From Vitrella brassicaformis CCMP3155 (Eukaryota > Protista > Chromerida), in NCBI GenBank assembly GCA_001179505.1, contig CDMY01000409.1:20845-84844 (forward strand): a stretch of DNA of 64,000 bases, given 5' to 3'. The notes under the pieces were generated by a model that had not been told where the DNA came from, made no database searches, and saw only the letters and a list, made by a program, of their open reading frames with translations. Both the position numbers and the translations under genes were made by a program. Of this stretch, positions 24,316-36,627 are shown in pieces. The stretch's first letter is position 1; each line of letters starts with the position of its first letter.

Positions 24316-25304
24316 GCCGTGATGGCGAACCGGAGAGGCGAGAGGGGGCGCTCAGCTACTACTATTTTTCTTGGCTGACCTGGTGCGACCAACGTGCATC
24401 TATCTGCCCACCTCATGTGACAGATGCACCATCTCACGTGTCTATGTTCCCCTTGCGTACGGCACGGGGTTAAGTGGCGAGGTGCGGAGACGTCCTGCGG
24501 GGTGCTGTATGCGTGTGTGCCTGCTTGACTGGTGTGTGTGGAGTTGGGGTGTAGTGGTTGTTGAGGGTTTGAGCGTCGGAGCTCCCGCTCCCATATGTTC
24601 CTTATAAGGATGGGAGAATGGGAGACACTCGCTGACAATTGCGTGACTGACTGGCCGACCGACTGGCTGACTGGCTGACTCGCTGAATGAGGGGCAACAT
24701 GGGGATCATGAGAGTGTGTGACCGAGTCGATTGCATGCATACACATAGATTGCATGCATACACATACATGCCTTCAGATGGAGACACAGCATCGCCAGGT
24801 TGTGTCTGCCATTTATTGCCTCTTGTGGTTGTGCGCATCTGTTGGAGCTTTTCTATTTTTGCGCGTCCATGAATGGCCCTCCACATCTGCCGGAGGTCAG
24901 AGTCAGCTCAGATAAATCCACTGCGCGTCCGTGTGACCTTGCAGCCACCGTGTATGTGTGACTTGTCAACCTTCAGCGGTATCGTCGGCCTGGTGGTGAG
25001 GGCGGGGCTCACTGCATACATTAAAGTGTGTCCCCACTCTCTGCAGGCAACGCGACCGAAAGATTTGCTCCCTTCGGCCGAAGATATGCTTCCTTCGGGT
25101 CGGCGTGAAACAAACACAGAAAGGGTACCGTGATTCCACGGTAGATATGGGGCTCCAAGGTCTTCGCACGCGACACAACGCTCCGTCATTTTTTGCGAGG
25201 AAGGCTTTGGAAGAGTGTCTGGATAGAGCGTCATCTCCGTGAAGATCCGTCCCCCGGCCCCATTCTCGCACGAGTGACCCCTTCGTCCCCTCCCCGTCAC
25301 CAAG

Positions 25305-28300
25305 ATGGACGCCAACACGATGATGGATGACCGCACTCAAAGGATGTTCGAGCTGGAACTGATGCGACTGGTAAGCCTCTCACTCGTCAATCATTCATTT
25401 ATCCATCCATCCATCAAGTGCGTCCATACGCAATTGCCAATGTGTGGTCACTGCGGTGCAGGACGGCCACAGCCCCAGGAACGCCGGCAAGGTCAGCTCA
25501 CAAGAGGAGATCGAGATGGTGGCGGCCCCCCAGGAACGCCGGCAAGGTCAGCTCACAAGAGGAGATCGAGATGGGTGCAATACAAGCGGCGGGTGGCTGT
25601 CAGACCAGGCACGGACATAGCTGCAGACGTCATGATCAAGAGAGCCCCTCGCGACGCGATACACAAACGAATGAATTATGTTAACTGGTATGTAGGATAC
25701 ATCCACAGATATCATCTTGACATGCTTATTGTATGCTGCTTCTGGCAGGTTTTTCGCTCTGGTGGTGGTGTTTCTTGCCGTGATCCATGTGCTGGCTGAG
25801 CAGGTCGTAGCCGACCTGCCGTCATTCTACGACGAGTATGTCCTGCACAGCACATCCACAGCGACATGCAGTCACGCGAAGAATCCGTGTTGCCTGTGCT
25901 GTGGCACGTCATGTGTCACAGCTATGGTTTCTTTGCTTTCCCAACCATACAATCATACATCGACCAGAGCACCAACACGACCAAGCACTACCGGGTCGAG
26001 AGCAGCGGCTTGAGTGTCTTTTATGCCATTCTGTGGGCACTGGTCGCGACGGCGGGGCTCTACACCTTCATCCTGCACGCCGCCTTTTTTCGCCGCAAGA
26101 TATCGAATCTAAACCGCCACAAATGGAAGTCTTTCGTGCGGGCCCATCAGCGCAGACAGAGCATCAAGCAGCTCCACACAATCTCTCAGAGACACATCTC
26201 TAAGAGGTCGGTCGGCGGACAGGCTACGGAAGGGCTCGACGAGACCAGGTGGAGTGCCTGTTTGCGATCCGCGCGCATCATTTGGATTGAGGCGCTGCTG
26301 CTGCTCGAGGCTATACTGGGCGTAGGTGGACGGTAAGCGAAGCGAGCGACAAGTGTCTCGGTGTGCTATCTATGGGTCTCATGCAGCTTATTTTGGACTT
26401 CGTACTTCGTCGATGAGATTTTCACGGGTCATTTACAGCTCTATCGCGTTTTCTATATAGGCGGCTGGGACATCTTGCGTACGCACGGCGAAACACCTCC
26501 AGGTAGGTACATGGATGCTGCGAAGAATGGGCCCATCTTCTCTGTCTTTGTGTCGGCTGTACGCACTAGGTCACTGGGCGGCTTTCACCTCGCTGTCTCT
26601 GATAATTGCTCTGCACTCATGCGTCTTGCTGTGGGCTTGGCTCTCAAAGAAGCGGGGGCTGGCCATCTTGCTTTCATTTGTGGTCAACATGACTTATGCC
26701 GCACACCAAATTGGGACTGGACTGGACTGGACAGGCCGAACGAGAGGAGTCACTCTTGGTAGCGTCACAAGAGCCTGCCTTCTTGTTCGATGGTGTGTGC
26801 ATTCTTGTGCTCATGTCGGCGTTCAGGTACTCTCGTGCAGCTTCGGTCCGCCAACTTTTTGTTCTTCTTGGCGGTGTGGTATCCACTCTGGAAAGAAGCC
26901 CATACCTTGCACACGCTCGATGGACTGATCATGGTGCGCAACTATCTGCGGTGGAAACAACACAACGCCAGGAAACTGCACCCTAGTAAGCAGCCAAAGA
27001 CAACGACACTCGTGAGTTCGCCTTTCAGAGAACATGCTTTGGGCATAATGGATGGATGCAGCAATCCAGCCGAGAACGACGTGCATGCGGCCCCTGCCGA
27101 TGCCCGCCTTGCGGATGTGGCAAAAGATGCGGACTCGTCCGCTGAGCCTCTCAGCCATGTGCCCGAGGAGGTGATGCAAGCCAAGAATCAAGCAGAGGGC
27201 GCCCCGACCCCCGTCAGACGCAGCAAAAGCAGCCTTGAGCACAGTGACATGCTGCTCGAGCAAGCGGATGATATGTCTCTGCCGTCGGACGATCACCCGG
27301 TTCTGTCTCCCGTCCACAAGTCCGACACTCGAACGGGGCGATCCAGCATCAGGTCCGCCACTATCCCACGTGTGGGAGCGGCGAATAAAGAGCCCCCACC
27401 GACAAGGCGTCTGAGAGGGCCATCGATTGTCAGTGCTCTTGCTTATGTGAAGCCCATTCAGCCAAGTGAAGCGTCCCGGGCCACAACAACATCAATGATA
27501 TCGGCGGCCAGCTGGCACCCCGATGACCACTCGCCAGCAATGGTCACAGTGCGGTCCCACCTGACGGATCTGGTATCAGAGGTGACTGCCCTTGCAGGGC
27601 TGGGTGACCCAGACAGCCCAGAAGGCAAATTCAGCAATGCACAAGATCAAGAGCAGGAAGACAATCGCGAGATGGGATCCGAGAGGCGTGGAAGGCTGTT
27701 GCGGCTTCTCAGTGTTCTTGGTCGGGTTGAGAGGAACGTTCCTACACCAATCGCGGTCATTTGGTTCCTGATCTGCGTGAGAGCGACAGACAAGCAAAGC
27801 CAAGAATGAATGCCAAACGGACCGTTTCCCCCATGTGCCTTCAGTTGACCCTGTTGACTTTCCTGGTGACACAAATGATCCGCTCATCGGTGCAGTGCCC
27901 CACGTAAGGCCATCCACTCACACGAAGGAGAAGTGGGCCTTCCTGACCTTACAGCTGGTGCATCACAGGATTTCCGGATACAAGTACTGTCTTCAAAAGG
28001 TGGGCTCGTAGCAAGGGATCCACATGACAAGTGGATGTGCCTGATAGTAGCCTGTGTCGTAGACGTACCCGCCATGGGGCACAGAGAAGAACGCCATGGT
28101 ACGCCAAACAACACCGCGCGAGAAACGCTGTCCACAAGTGTCGGCTTCTCTCAAGTGATCCATTTGTGGATGCAGCGCCCGTGCAACTGCCGTCAGTACG
28201 GGGCGGGATTTGGCGTGGATCCAAGAGAGTTTCGGGACGGCATCGACGAGTACACTACCATTGAAGGTATCGGTGTTGGCTTCGATTCCTCGTCGACAGA

Positions 28301-31300
28301 AAGAGTTCTCAACGCCAAGCAAAAACTGCCTCTCCAGGCCATACCCGACTCGATTCACCACCACAAATTCCTTAAATGTATGCCTCGCTCAGCAGAAAGG
28401 AGCCCAACATGTCAAGCCGTTTGTTTCCGTTCAGACATTATTTATCAGTTGAGCGCGATCAGCTCATTGCCACGAGCGCTGCTGGCCCTGCCGGATTTGG
28501 AGTATATAAATCTCGCTTTCTGCGATATCGGTAGCTGTGTATGTATCCCTCAAACAGCCAGCCAGCCAGCCAGCCAGACAGCCAGACAGTTGCAATGTCT
28601 CTCACAGACAGACAGTTGCAATGTCTCTGTGCTCACCAGGCGAGGTGCCTGACTGGCTGCCGTATCTTCCCAAGCTGAAGGCACTGGACCTGCGATTGAA
28701 CCGCATCGCCAGTCTTCCCTTGACGATGACCAAGGCAGCTAATACCCTGAACAACCTCTTTCTGCTGCTCAATCCGATCTGCTTCAATGGTTGGTTCGAC
28801 ACCATCACTGACAGAGACATGCAGCGACTCTTCGATCGGCTGAAGCCCTGCCCCGACATCATCCAAGACCCATTGAGACCCGACACCAGAGCAAGGGCCA
28901 TTGACGAGGGCCACCTGCAGATCCATACACTGTCCGGGGCAACCGCTACAAGCGATGAGTGCCTTCCGATCTGCACGCTGGTATCACTCACATGACACGG
29001 ACAAAGGTGCAAGAGAACTCTGCAAATGTCCGTTTGTGTGTGTGTGCAGATGCACTCGTATTTCCGGGGGCTGGACGGCAATTTCGACAATTCTTTGTGT
29101 TTCAAGGAGATTGACAACGTGATATCGGTTGAAAAGGGGGTGTACGACAGCCTACTCAGACACTACCAGGCAGACGACCTCACCCTGCCATGCGCAAAAT
29201 GGAGTAAGGCAGTATGTATGTGCAAGCGAAATGATACGTCCATACTACTTATGTTGCTGTCCCTTTCCCTCAGCGACAGTGATGCAGTACGGAAGCCACG
29301 ATATTACTGACTGCTCAAGCTGTTCCTTTGCCATCACCGAGGTGGACCACCAGCGGCAGCACACGGGCGACCTCAGCACCGGTTCGACAGAAGCGAGGTG
29401 GTCCACACTGCCTGTTGCTGTCGTCGAGTCTAATGTGGGCCAGAGACACCAGAGATGCAGGCAGCCATGTTGATTTTGTGTGTGTGTGTGTGTATGTGTG
29501 TGTGTATGTGTATGTGCGTGTGCGCGGCAGGTGACCGGCAATGCTGTGTGGCACAACGACAAAGTGTATCTGCTCGCCAGCCAGATCCATGTCCATCCGC
29601 CGGCAATCCTCACCATCGAGCCAGGTGCACACATGATACGCTGTATCATGCCCGGCCTGTCAGACTTCATTGTATCGTGTGTCTTCTCACGCACAGGCAC
29701 ATTGATCCGTGGCGTCAACGTCATCAAGCGGGGCTTCTTCACTGGGTGAGAGCACCTCACATGTACACAATATGTGTGAATGCTGCAGACACGTATTTGT
29801 CGCAGCCTCACCAGTGCTCTGGTCGTCAATCCAGGCGCGAAGATATACGTCGCAAACAAGAGACACACACCGCATCAGCACAGAATTGAATTGAATGGAT
29901 GTGTGTCACCCGTTCTCAGGCGAATGGAACAAAGGAGCAGCCGATCACCTTCACCGGTGAATGAAAATGACCGGTGAAGGATTCACCGCCTCTTTTCACT
30001 TTCAGCTGAGGACGTTAATGACGAGACCAAACCCGAGAGGGAAAAGTGGGGCGGCCTGGTGATCCTGGGCAAGTGGGTCTCGCAGCACAGGCAGACAGAC
30101 AGAAAGAAAGACAGACAGACGTGTTTGTCGCTTTCCCTCCTTTACAGGGCGCCTACCAACAACGGCGGTGACGATGGCATGGACGTCATCGACAGCCTCG
30201 TCCCTGAGGTCAAATACGGAGGTTGGTGCGATCGGACTCAACCACTATCACACAGTCAATCGTTCTCCTTTTTCATCAGGGACGAATGCGAGTGACGATT
30301 CCGGTGTCCTGCGGTACGTGCGTGTGTGGTATGGCGGAAAGGAGATCGGCGAGAACAACGAAATCAACGGAATTACGTTCGGCAGTGTGGTGGGATTAAT
30401 CAATGAATGACGTGTGGATATGCATTCACGTAGCGCATGTACATGATGGGAATTGCAGGGAAATGGGACCACAGTCGAGTATGTGGAAGTGGCATTCGAT
30501 GTTGACGAGTGAGCGAGAGGGAGACAGGGCGATTCAGAGACACCACTATATTGTGCCTGTTGCTCTTTCAGTGGAATTGAGCTCTTTGGTGGCACCGTCA
30601 ACCTGCGCTACGTGTCTCTCCGTGTAAGACGGAGGACATACGTAGAGTCGCTCACATTGCGATGTGCCACATGATGGATGCAGTGCAATGGAGACGATTC
30701 GCTGGACGCCGACAACGGCTGGCAGGGCAAGGCACAATTCATCTTTATTGTCGTCTGTAAAAACGGGACTCACGAGGAAGGTAGGAGAGAAGCAGAGACA
30801 CGCGGAAAGCCAGCACTTGACGTGCATCGTCTGCTTCTGGTCCATTCGGAAATTCAGATCGTTACTTGATCGACAAAGCGTTTGAATTCGATAGCAACGG
30901 CAAGGGTTTTGATTTGGAGCCAAGGACCCACCCACAAATCAGCCACGTGACAGTCCTTGGCCCCGGCAGCAGCAACGACACATGGGAGCGGACGGCGGCA
31001 TCGAAGCGGCTGTTCGAGTTCAGGGAAGGGGCGGGAGGGACGTACGTCAACTTCATTGTGACGGATGCCGAGGCAGGTATCGACTTCGACGACTTCGATG
31101 AAGACGGTACGAACAAAACCATGCAGATGGAGTCACTGAGTCACTGCATCATTTGTATGCGACTGTATACGGGCGCCGCTCCGTTCACTTCGTCCTACCC
31201 CAATGAGACGAGTCCCCTGCAGTTCCCGGACTTCTTCTATTGGTCGCCACTCGCCATCATGCACAACATCGACGCACTGCGATACAAACCCGATGTCAGC

Positions 31301-31624
31301 ACATCTGTCCCTGAGCCCATCGACGTGCTAACCGTCGACCCCATGCTGAATCAGGCAAACACACACACCACAAAAGAGACACGAGCGCTCGCACTTCCTG
31401 TTCGACCGACACACCTCCTCAGCCGCCGCACGATGTCTCCACCAGCTGTGCATGTATGGCTATGTGAGCGACACCGACAGCAATTGCCGTGCGGTGGGGA
31501 GACGCGGAGCAGAGCTTGCCCAACGTTCCCTCGCCCCCCTTGCCCCAGCACTGCGGCCATCATCCAACACTGGGCAGATGCGATGTCTCGGCGTCCCCCA
31601 CACGCGAAAAGCGCCTCAATGTAG
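25305..31624 (+). CDS. Giant chimeric membrane protein: multi-TM region + Cys-rich cap/LRRs + EF-hand-like loop + bacterial-type parallel beta-helix domain (3' end uncertain)
   Basis: Phase-compatible GT-AG exon chain from MDANTMM.. through several hydrophobic helices, IAVIWFLICLTLLTFLVTQMI, LRRs (LPKLKALDLRLNRIASLP..LLLNPIC), LDGNFDNSLCFKE, then TIEPG..ANGTKEQPITFT..KWGGLVILG..DSGVLRYVRV..NEINGITFGSVGNGTTVEYV..DDGIELFGGTVN..GDDSLDADNGWQGKAQF. Confidence 0.7.
25473..25574 (+). repeat. Tandem duplication of a ~47-bp unit with 55-bp period inside a coding exon
   Basis: ccccaggaacgccggcaaggtcagctcacaagaggagatcgagatgg at 25473 and 25528. Confidence 0.95.
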
Positions 31625-32893
31625 CAAGAAGTCAGTGGGGCACCCAGTCAGCTCGTCACGTCGACATCGCCGTCCGCGAGGCAAAGCATTCCCTTTGACG
31701 AGCCGCAGTGCCGACGCAGAAAGCTTCTGCAACCAAGTCCCTCTGTGCTGTCTCTCATGCCCGTGTTGGAGCCGCTCGCCGTATGCAGCAGCAGCAGCAG
31801 CAAGGAAAGGATACCAAGGCGAATGCGGCTGACCATGTCAATGGCAAGACCAACCGAGGTGACGCAGTGCGAACAGGCCCGAACCTGCCAACGCAGAGGG
31901 GGTCTGCGTCAGCTTGGTGTTTCTCTGGCCCTCAGACAAGCCGTAGCCACGCTGACCACTCATCTGTTTCTCTGTCCGCGTTTCCAGAGAGAGCGGCCGT
32001 CCGGCGACTGACTGTGTCGGCCGGCTGACGAGAGTGAGAATGAGCCGCCACAAAGCTAGCCCTGTCGAGAGGATTCATCTTTTGTGCGACGGGCAGTCTT
32101 GTTTGCCCTCACGGGTGGCAGTTTCTCGTGTTTGTACAATAGGTGGGTGCTTCTGACGAGGGTTTTAGCCTTGCTACTGAGTGAGTGAGTGGGGTCTCTG
32201 TCTTTTGCTGCTAGGGAGTATTTTTGCTGCGTGGCTTCAACTGACTCCATACACGCGCACCCTCCTCGATGTACGTGTCCCTTCCTTGGCTGTGCTCCAT
32301 AAACAACACTTCACTTTATGTCCGTCGCGGCACACTCACATGCAGACACACTCCACCACAAAGTCATCGAGAGAGAGAGAGGCATGGCAGGCGAGTGAGT
32401 TAGCCAGACAGTCACACACAGTCACACATCGGCCGAACCATCAAATCAAAATCGGCCGGCCGGCAGCGGAGAGCGCGAAGTGCGCCCACACCCCCACGTA
32501 CACCCACAGGCAGCCAGCCATGAGGACGGGCAGAGATCTATACACACACAGAAATACAGATGGAGGGAAGAAGGGCTACATATAGAGGAGAGATACGCAC
32601 GGGCAACAAGACGAACCAACTGACGCCTGCATCAGAGGCATGGAACCCTTCACCACAACAGCCACCCATCCAGCCATTCGGCCACACGCCACCACCACCA
32701 CAAATATCAGCTGCTGCACTATGGTGGCCCGTCTTCCACCGACACACAAACGGATCGGCGACAGAGATGATCACAGCCGGCGCCCAAGAGATACCATCCT
32801 GATGGCACACAACACACATACCAGTCTGGGCGACATTCAGCCACATGACAGAGGATATGAATCGCTGCTCACCCACCAATATTGACTGATCGA

Positions 32894-34684
32894 TCAGTCG
32901 CCGCTCTCCGCCTCAGCTGCTGCATCCTCACCTGTCGAGTGCACAGGACACACACATAGGTGAAAGTCATTCGGGTCGACGTGAGGGCCTCTGTGGTGTG
33001 TGTGGCTGTGTACCTCCGCTGCCGTCATCCATATCGTCACCCTCGTCGGAATCTGCAGACCACTCACAGACACAGAGAGAGAAGGCACTTCATCCATCCA
33101 TCCATCCATCCATGTGTCTGTGTGTCAGTACCATCGTCGTTATCGTCATCCTGCTGCTGCTGCTGCTGCTGTACTTGTCCGTCGAATACGAATGGCGCCA
33201 CCGCCCCCAAGGCCACACGAGCCAGCTGAGTGGTCAACGAGAAGCGGTGCTTGAAGGGACCCCCCTCACAGACAGCCGCCTCAGTTGTCACCACAGACAT
33301 ACCCACTGCACATGAGGGGCAGAAGACCACGCGACGTATGACCAGCGGAGCATCCCCTCTGTCAGTCTGACCGTCGTTGTTTCCTGCTCCGCTGATAACA
33401 ATCCATGCGACAAAGGGGTGGCTGCCGTCGGTCTGCACCAGCTGTCGCACATTGCCGTGCAACCCGATTGCGGTAGTGCAGCCTGCCACCGGTGTGTGGG
33501 GCGACTCGGTCAGCAGGCCATCCAGACGGCCGCCACCAACGTACCTGAACCAAGCACAGCCAAAGACACAGGCAAAGACCCACCCTCGTGCCTTCAGTGC
33601 CATTGATGTGTTGTCACCTGTTGAGCATTATCGATGTGTAATGGGTCTGATGAGTCAGCCTGAAGTGGTCGAAGACCATGCACTTGGCAAACGACGACAC
33701 TGACGCATCGGTGTCCTGGCCACCGTCGGTGGATATCCATCTACCGCCCTCGCCCCAGTAGTAGATGCCCTCACGCACCGGCGGGTCGTGTGGCTGCCGG
33801 TGCTGCTGGTACAGATGACCGGCAGGCAGGAGCGGGTCGACCTCCAGCTGGAAGCCCGGCTCGTCCTTGATGGCCCGCACCTCATCGCCATGCTGGAACA
33901 GCTGCAGGCAGCTGTCGTCACTGAAGTGGACGTGGCGGCCGACCATCTTGAGCTGCGCCAACACACGGGGAGCCGACACATACGCCTACACACAGGACCA
34001 CACAGACAGAGAGAATGAGGCCCTCTCCCTCCCCTCCCCGCCCCTCTGTTTGCTGGCTCACCGTTTTGCTTGCGTGTGTGTTGATGTCATCGGCTGTGAG
34101 GATGACAGGCAGCTCACAGCTGTCGCACTGCCCCGCCACCTCAATCACCTCGCCGATCTCGTCCCATGGCCCCTCCTCCACCACACACACAGCCGCCAAG
34201 AGATCATGTGTGCCGAACTGGTCGTCGTCGAACCGCAGCAGCTGCACTTGCTGCCCATTCACCGCCCGCCGCAGCCCCGCTTGTGAGCCCAGCGAGTGGC
34301 GGAGCCGATCTCTCAGCTGGGCCGCTCCGAAGAGGTCTCTCAGCCACGTGCAGGTGGCCCTCAGCCGCAGGACGTCCTTGATGCTGCTGAAGAGGTAGAA
34401 GGTGCGGCGGCCGACGAAGATATACGAGAAGGGGTGCTGCTGCTGCTGCTGCTGCTGCTGCGGTGGCTGCATCTGGGTAGCTATGATGTGCTCGACGACA
34501 GCCTGCACAGAGCGACAGAGCCGACAGAGGATCGTGTGCATCAAGCATGCTGCTCATTGATCTGTGTGCTGCTCACCTCGTTCGATGCTCAGACGGACAG
34601 ATCAGCATGCAGAGAACTGAATGCACCACCACCACCACCACCTTTACCACCACCAGCAGCAGCGGCAGATGAGGAGGCCGCCAT
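32894..34684 (-). CDS. Expanded F-box-like family, copy 6 (in-frame TGA at 34589-34591 in the first exon; may start at a downstream Met or be a pseudogene)
   Basis: MAASSSAAAAGGGKGGGGGGAFSSLHADLSV*ASNE|AVVEHII..HPFSYIFVGRRTFYLFSSIKDVLRLRATCTWLRDLF + core; ends GEDAAAEAESGD stop at 32894. Confidence 0.75.
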
Positions 34685-34987
34685 CACTCCTCAACGACAC
34701 GCCTGCAGCCATGGGCCGACAGAGAGAGAGAGAGAGAGAGAGATGCCAACACAATACCACGGCCAACGCATTGAGGCCAATTGATCAGTGAGCGCATCAG
34801 TGAGTCAGTCAGTGAGTGATCGGCCTCCCTCACCACTGTTTGGCTGTCAGCTCAGTGGCCCGCCATCTCACCGCAGCAGCCGAGAGGGATGACTGACTCG
34901 AGTGTTTCCTCTCGCCCTCTTGTCGGCCGAGTGCGTCACTCTCTCAAACGCACAGCTCTCCGACCAGGGCACAGCGCCTCGCACGTA

Positions 34988-35016
34988 GGGTTACAGGGTA
35001 AGAAACCCTTTAGCCC
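34988..35016. promoter_or_regulatory. Telomere-repeat-like (telo-box) imperfect hairpin between divergent genes
   Basis: gggttacagggt-aagaa-accctttagccc. Confidence 0.4.
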
Positions 35017-35178
35017 CTCAGACCCTCTTGCTGGATGGCTCCTTATCCTCGTTCCCCCCTTTCCCTCTCAGGTCCGCAGCCCTCTGACCGCCCTGCGCCC
35101 AGATGTGCATCTTAAAGGGCACCACACGCGATGAAGCGTTAACGGCCGCTGTACAGTGTGCATAGCGGCTCACACAAG

Positions 35179-36325
35179 ATGCCCGCGTCTGCAGCCCTCC
35201 TCATCATGTCCCTTGCCATCTTCTTCCTGTTGGGCATCGCGTCGGCGCAGCATGACCTGCCTGGGGATGGTGACGCATTTCTGCAGTCGACAGCAGATGC
35301 AGCTCAGCACGAGACCGACGGCCTGTCCTCTTCGCCCCCTTTCGGCTGCCGGCCAATCCATGCTTCCTCGGCTTCCTTCCCAACTGCAAGACCGACGCCG
35401 ACTGTGAGGTCTGCACTGAACCGCCGACAGCAATGGGCACTGGAGGCGACAATGTGCCGTTCAAATGCTTTAACGCCAGCTTCTCAAGCGACGCCGACAC
35501 CGTCACCGACGATCCTTGGGTGGCTCTTGTCGAGGCGCTTTTGAGAGTCAAGGGCGGCGTGTCGGCCATCGAGGAGCGGATTGGCAAGGGCACCGGCAAG
35601 GTGTGCCTGCCGGAGCTATATGGCGACGGTGAGGGCGGCATCGCCCAGCCGGTGTCGTCCATTACCGCCGGCTTCTCGGTTTTGACTGTGACGGGCCTTC
35701 TTGGCGGTTTGCAGGTGGGCCCATGCTCCCCCAATGGCCAGCTGTGCACGGCTGTCGGGGCGGAATGCATCGTGACGGCCTTTGCTTCACCGGTAAGGCA
35801 GCACACATCCACTTGTATGTCTCTTGTCTGTGTGTACCGTGATTGTTTTGGTTCAGGTTCCAGGTGGTTGTCTGTTCCCGCCTGGCGTCAGCGAGGAGTC
35901 GGCCGAGTGTCCTGACTGCGAGGTGCTGGGCGGCAACTGTGCTTTCGACAAGAGGGTCGTCGAATTTGACGGGCAGGAGAGGGTCTTCTGTGAGTCGCGT
36001 GGCACCGCCGAGGAGGGCTTCTGTGACAAACTGTTGACGCCATGCGACCCATCGGACATCGGCACCAACGGCAATTGCTGCGGTGTCGACACGCTGCCTG
36101 ACGGGTCGCCAGGAGGTGAACTGCACGTATGTCATCCATCAAGCATCAACCAGGTCACGTGTGTGTGTGTTGGGCAGGGAGGCTGGTGTGCCAGCGTGCG
36201 AGTGACGCACTGAGGCTGCTATACGACTATTGCAATTTGGCTGGCGGCCCCCTGGACGTCATCCCTCCCCCCGTAGCCAAGCTGTCCTTGGACCTCGCTG
36301 ACAAAATCAGCGGGCCGGTTTGCTC
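35179..36325 (+). CDS. Cys-rich secreted protein, tandem copy A (3' end in gap)
   Basis: Signal peptide MPASAALLIMSLAIFFLLGIASA; Cys-rich body (NPCFLGFLPNCKTDADCEVC..CPDCEVLGGNC..NGNCCGVD); a frame change after the signal peptide needs a short intron near 35269-35306. Confidence 0.65.
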
Positions 36326-36625
36326 NNNNNNNNNNNNNNNNNNNNNNNNNNNNNNNNNNNNNNNNNNNNNNNNNNNNNNNNNNNNNNNNNNNNNNNNNNN
36401 NNNNNNNNNNNNNNNNNNNNNNNNNNNNNNNNNNNNNNNNNNNNNNNNNNNNNNNNNNNNNNNNNNNNNNNNNNNNNNNNNNNNNNNNNNNNNNNNNNNN
36501 NNNNNNNNNNNNNNNNNNNNNNNNNNNNNNNNNNNNNNNNNNNNNNNNNNNNNNNNNNNNNNNNNNNNNNNNNNNNNNNNNNNNNNNNNNNNNNNNNNNN
36601 NNNNNNNNNNNNNNNNNNNNNNNNN
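36326..36625. other. Assembly gap (300 N)
   Basis: Run of N. Confidence 0.99.
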
Positions 36626-36627
36626 TC

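Larger units (their letters stand above)
32330..35020. repeat. Segmental duplication, paralogous to ~60490-63160 (family gene plus both flanks)
   Basis: Collinear non-coding blocks on both sides (gagagagaggcatggcagg..cacacagtcacaca..aaaatcggccggc; ggccaacgcattgaggccaat..gtcagtcagtgagtg..ggcctccctcacc). Confidence 0.8.

Noticed and set aside
25473-25574. Direct repeat pair as a possible CRISPR array
   Set aside because: Only two units, 8-nt spacer, inside a eukaryotic exon, no cas genes
29530-31330. Bacterial contamination explaining the beta-helix domain
   Set aside because: Interrupted by host-type spliceosomal introns with the same microsatellites as neighbouring genes
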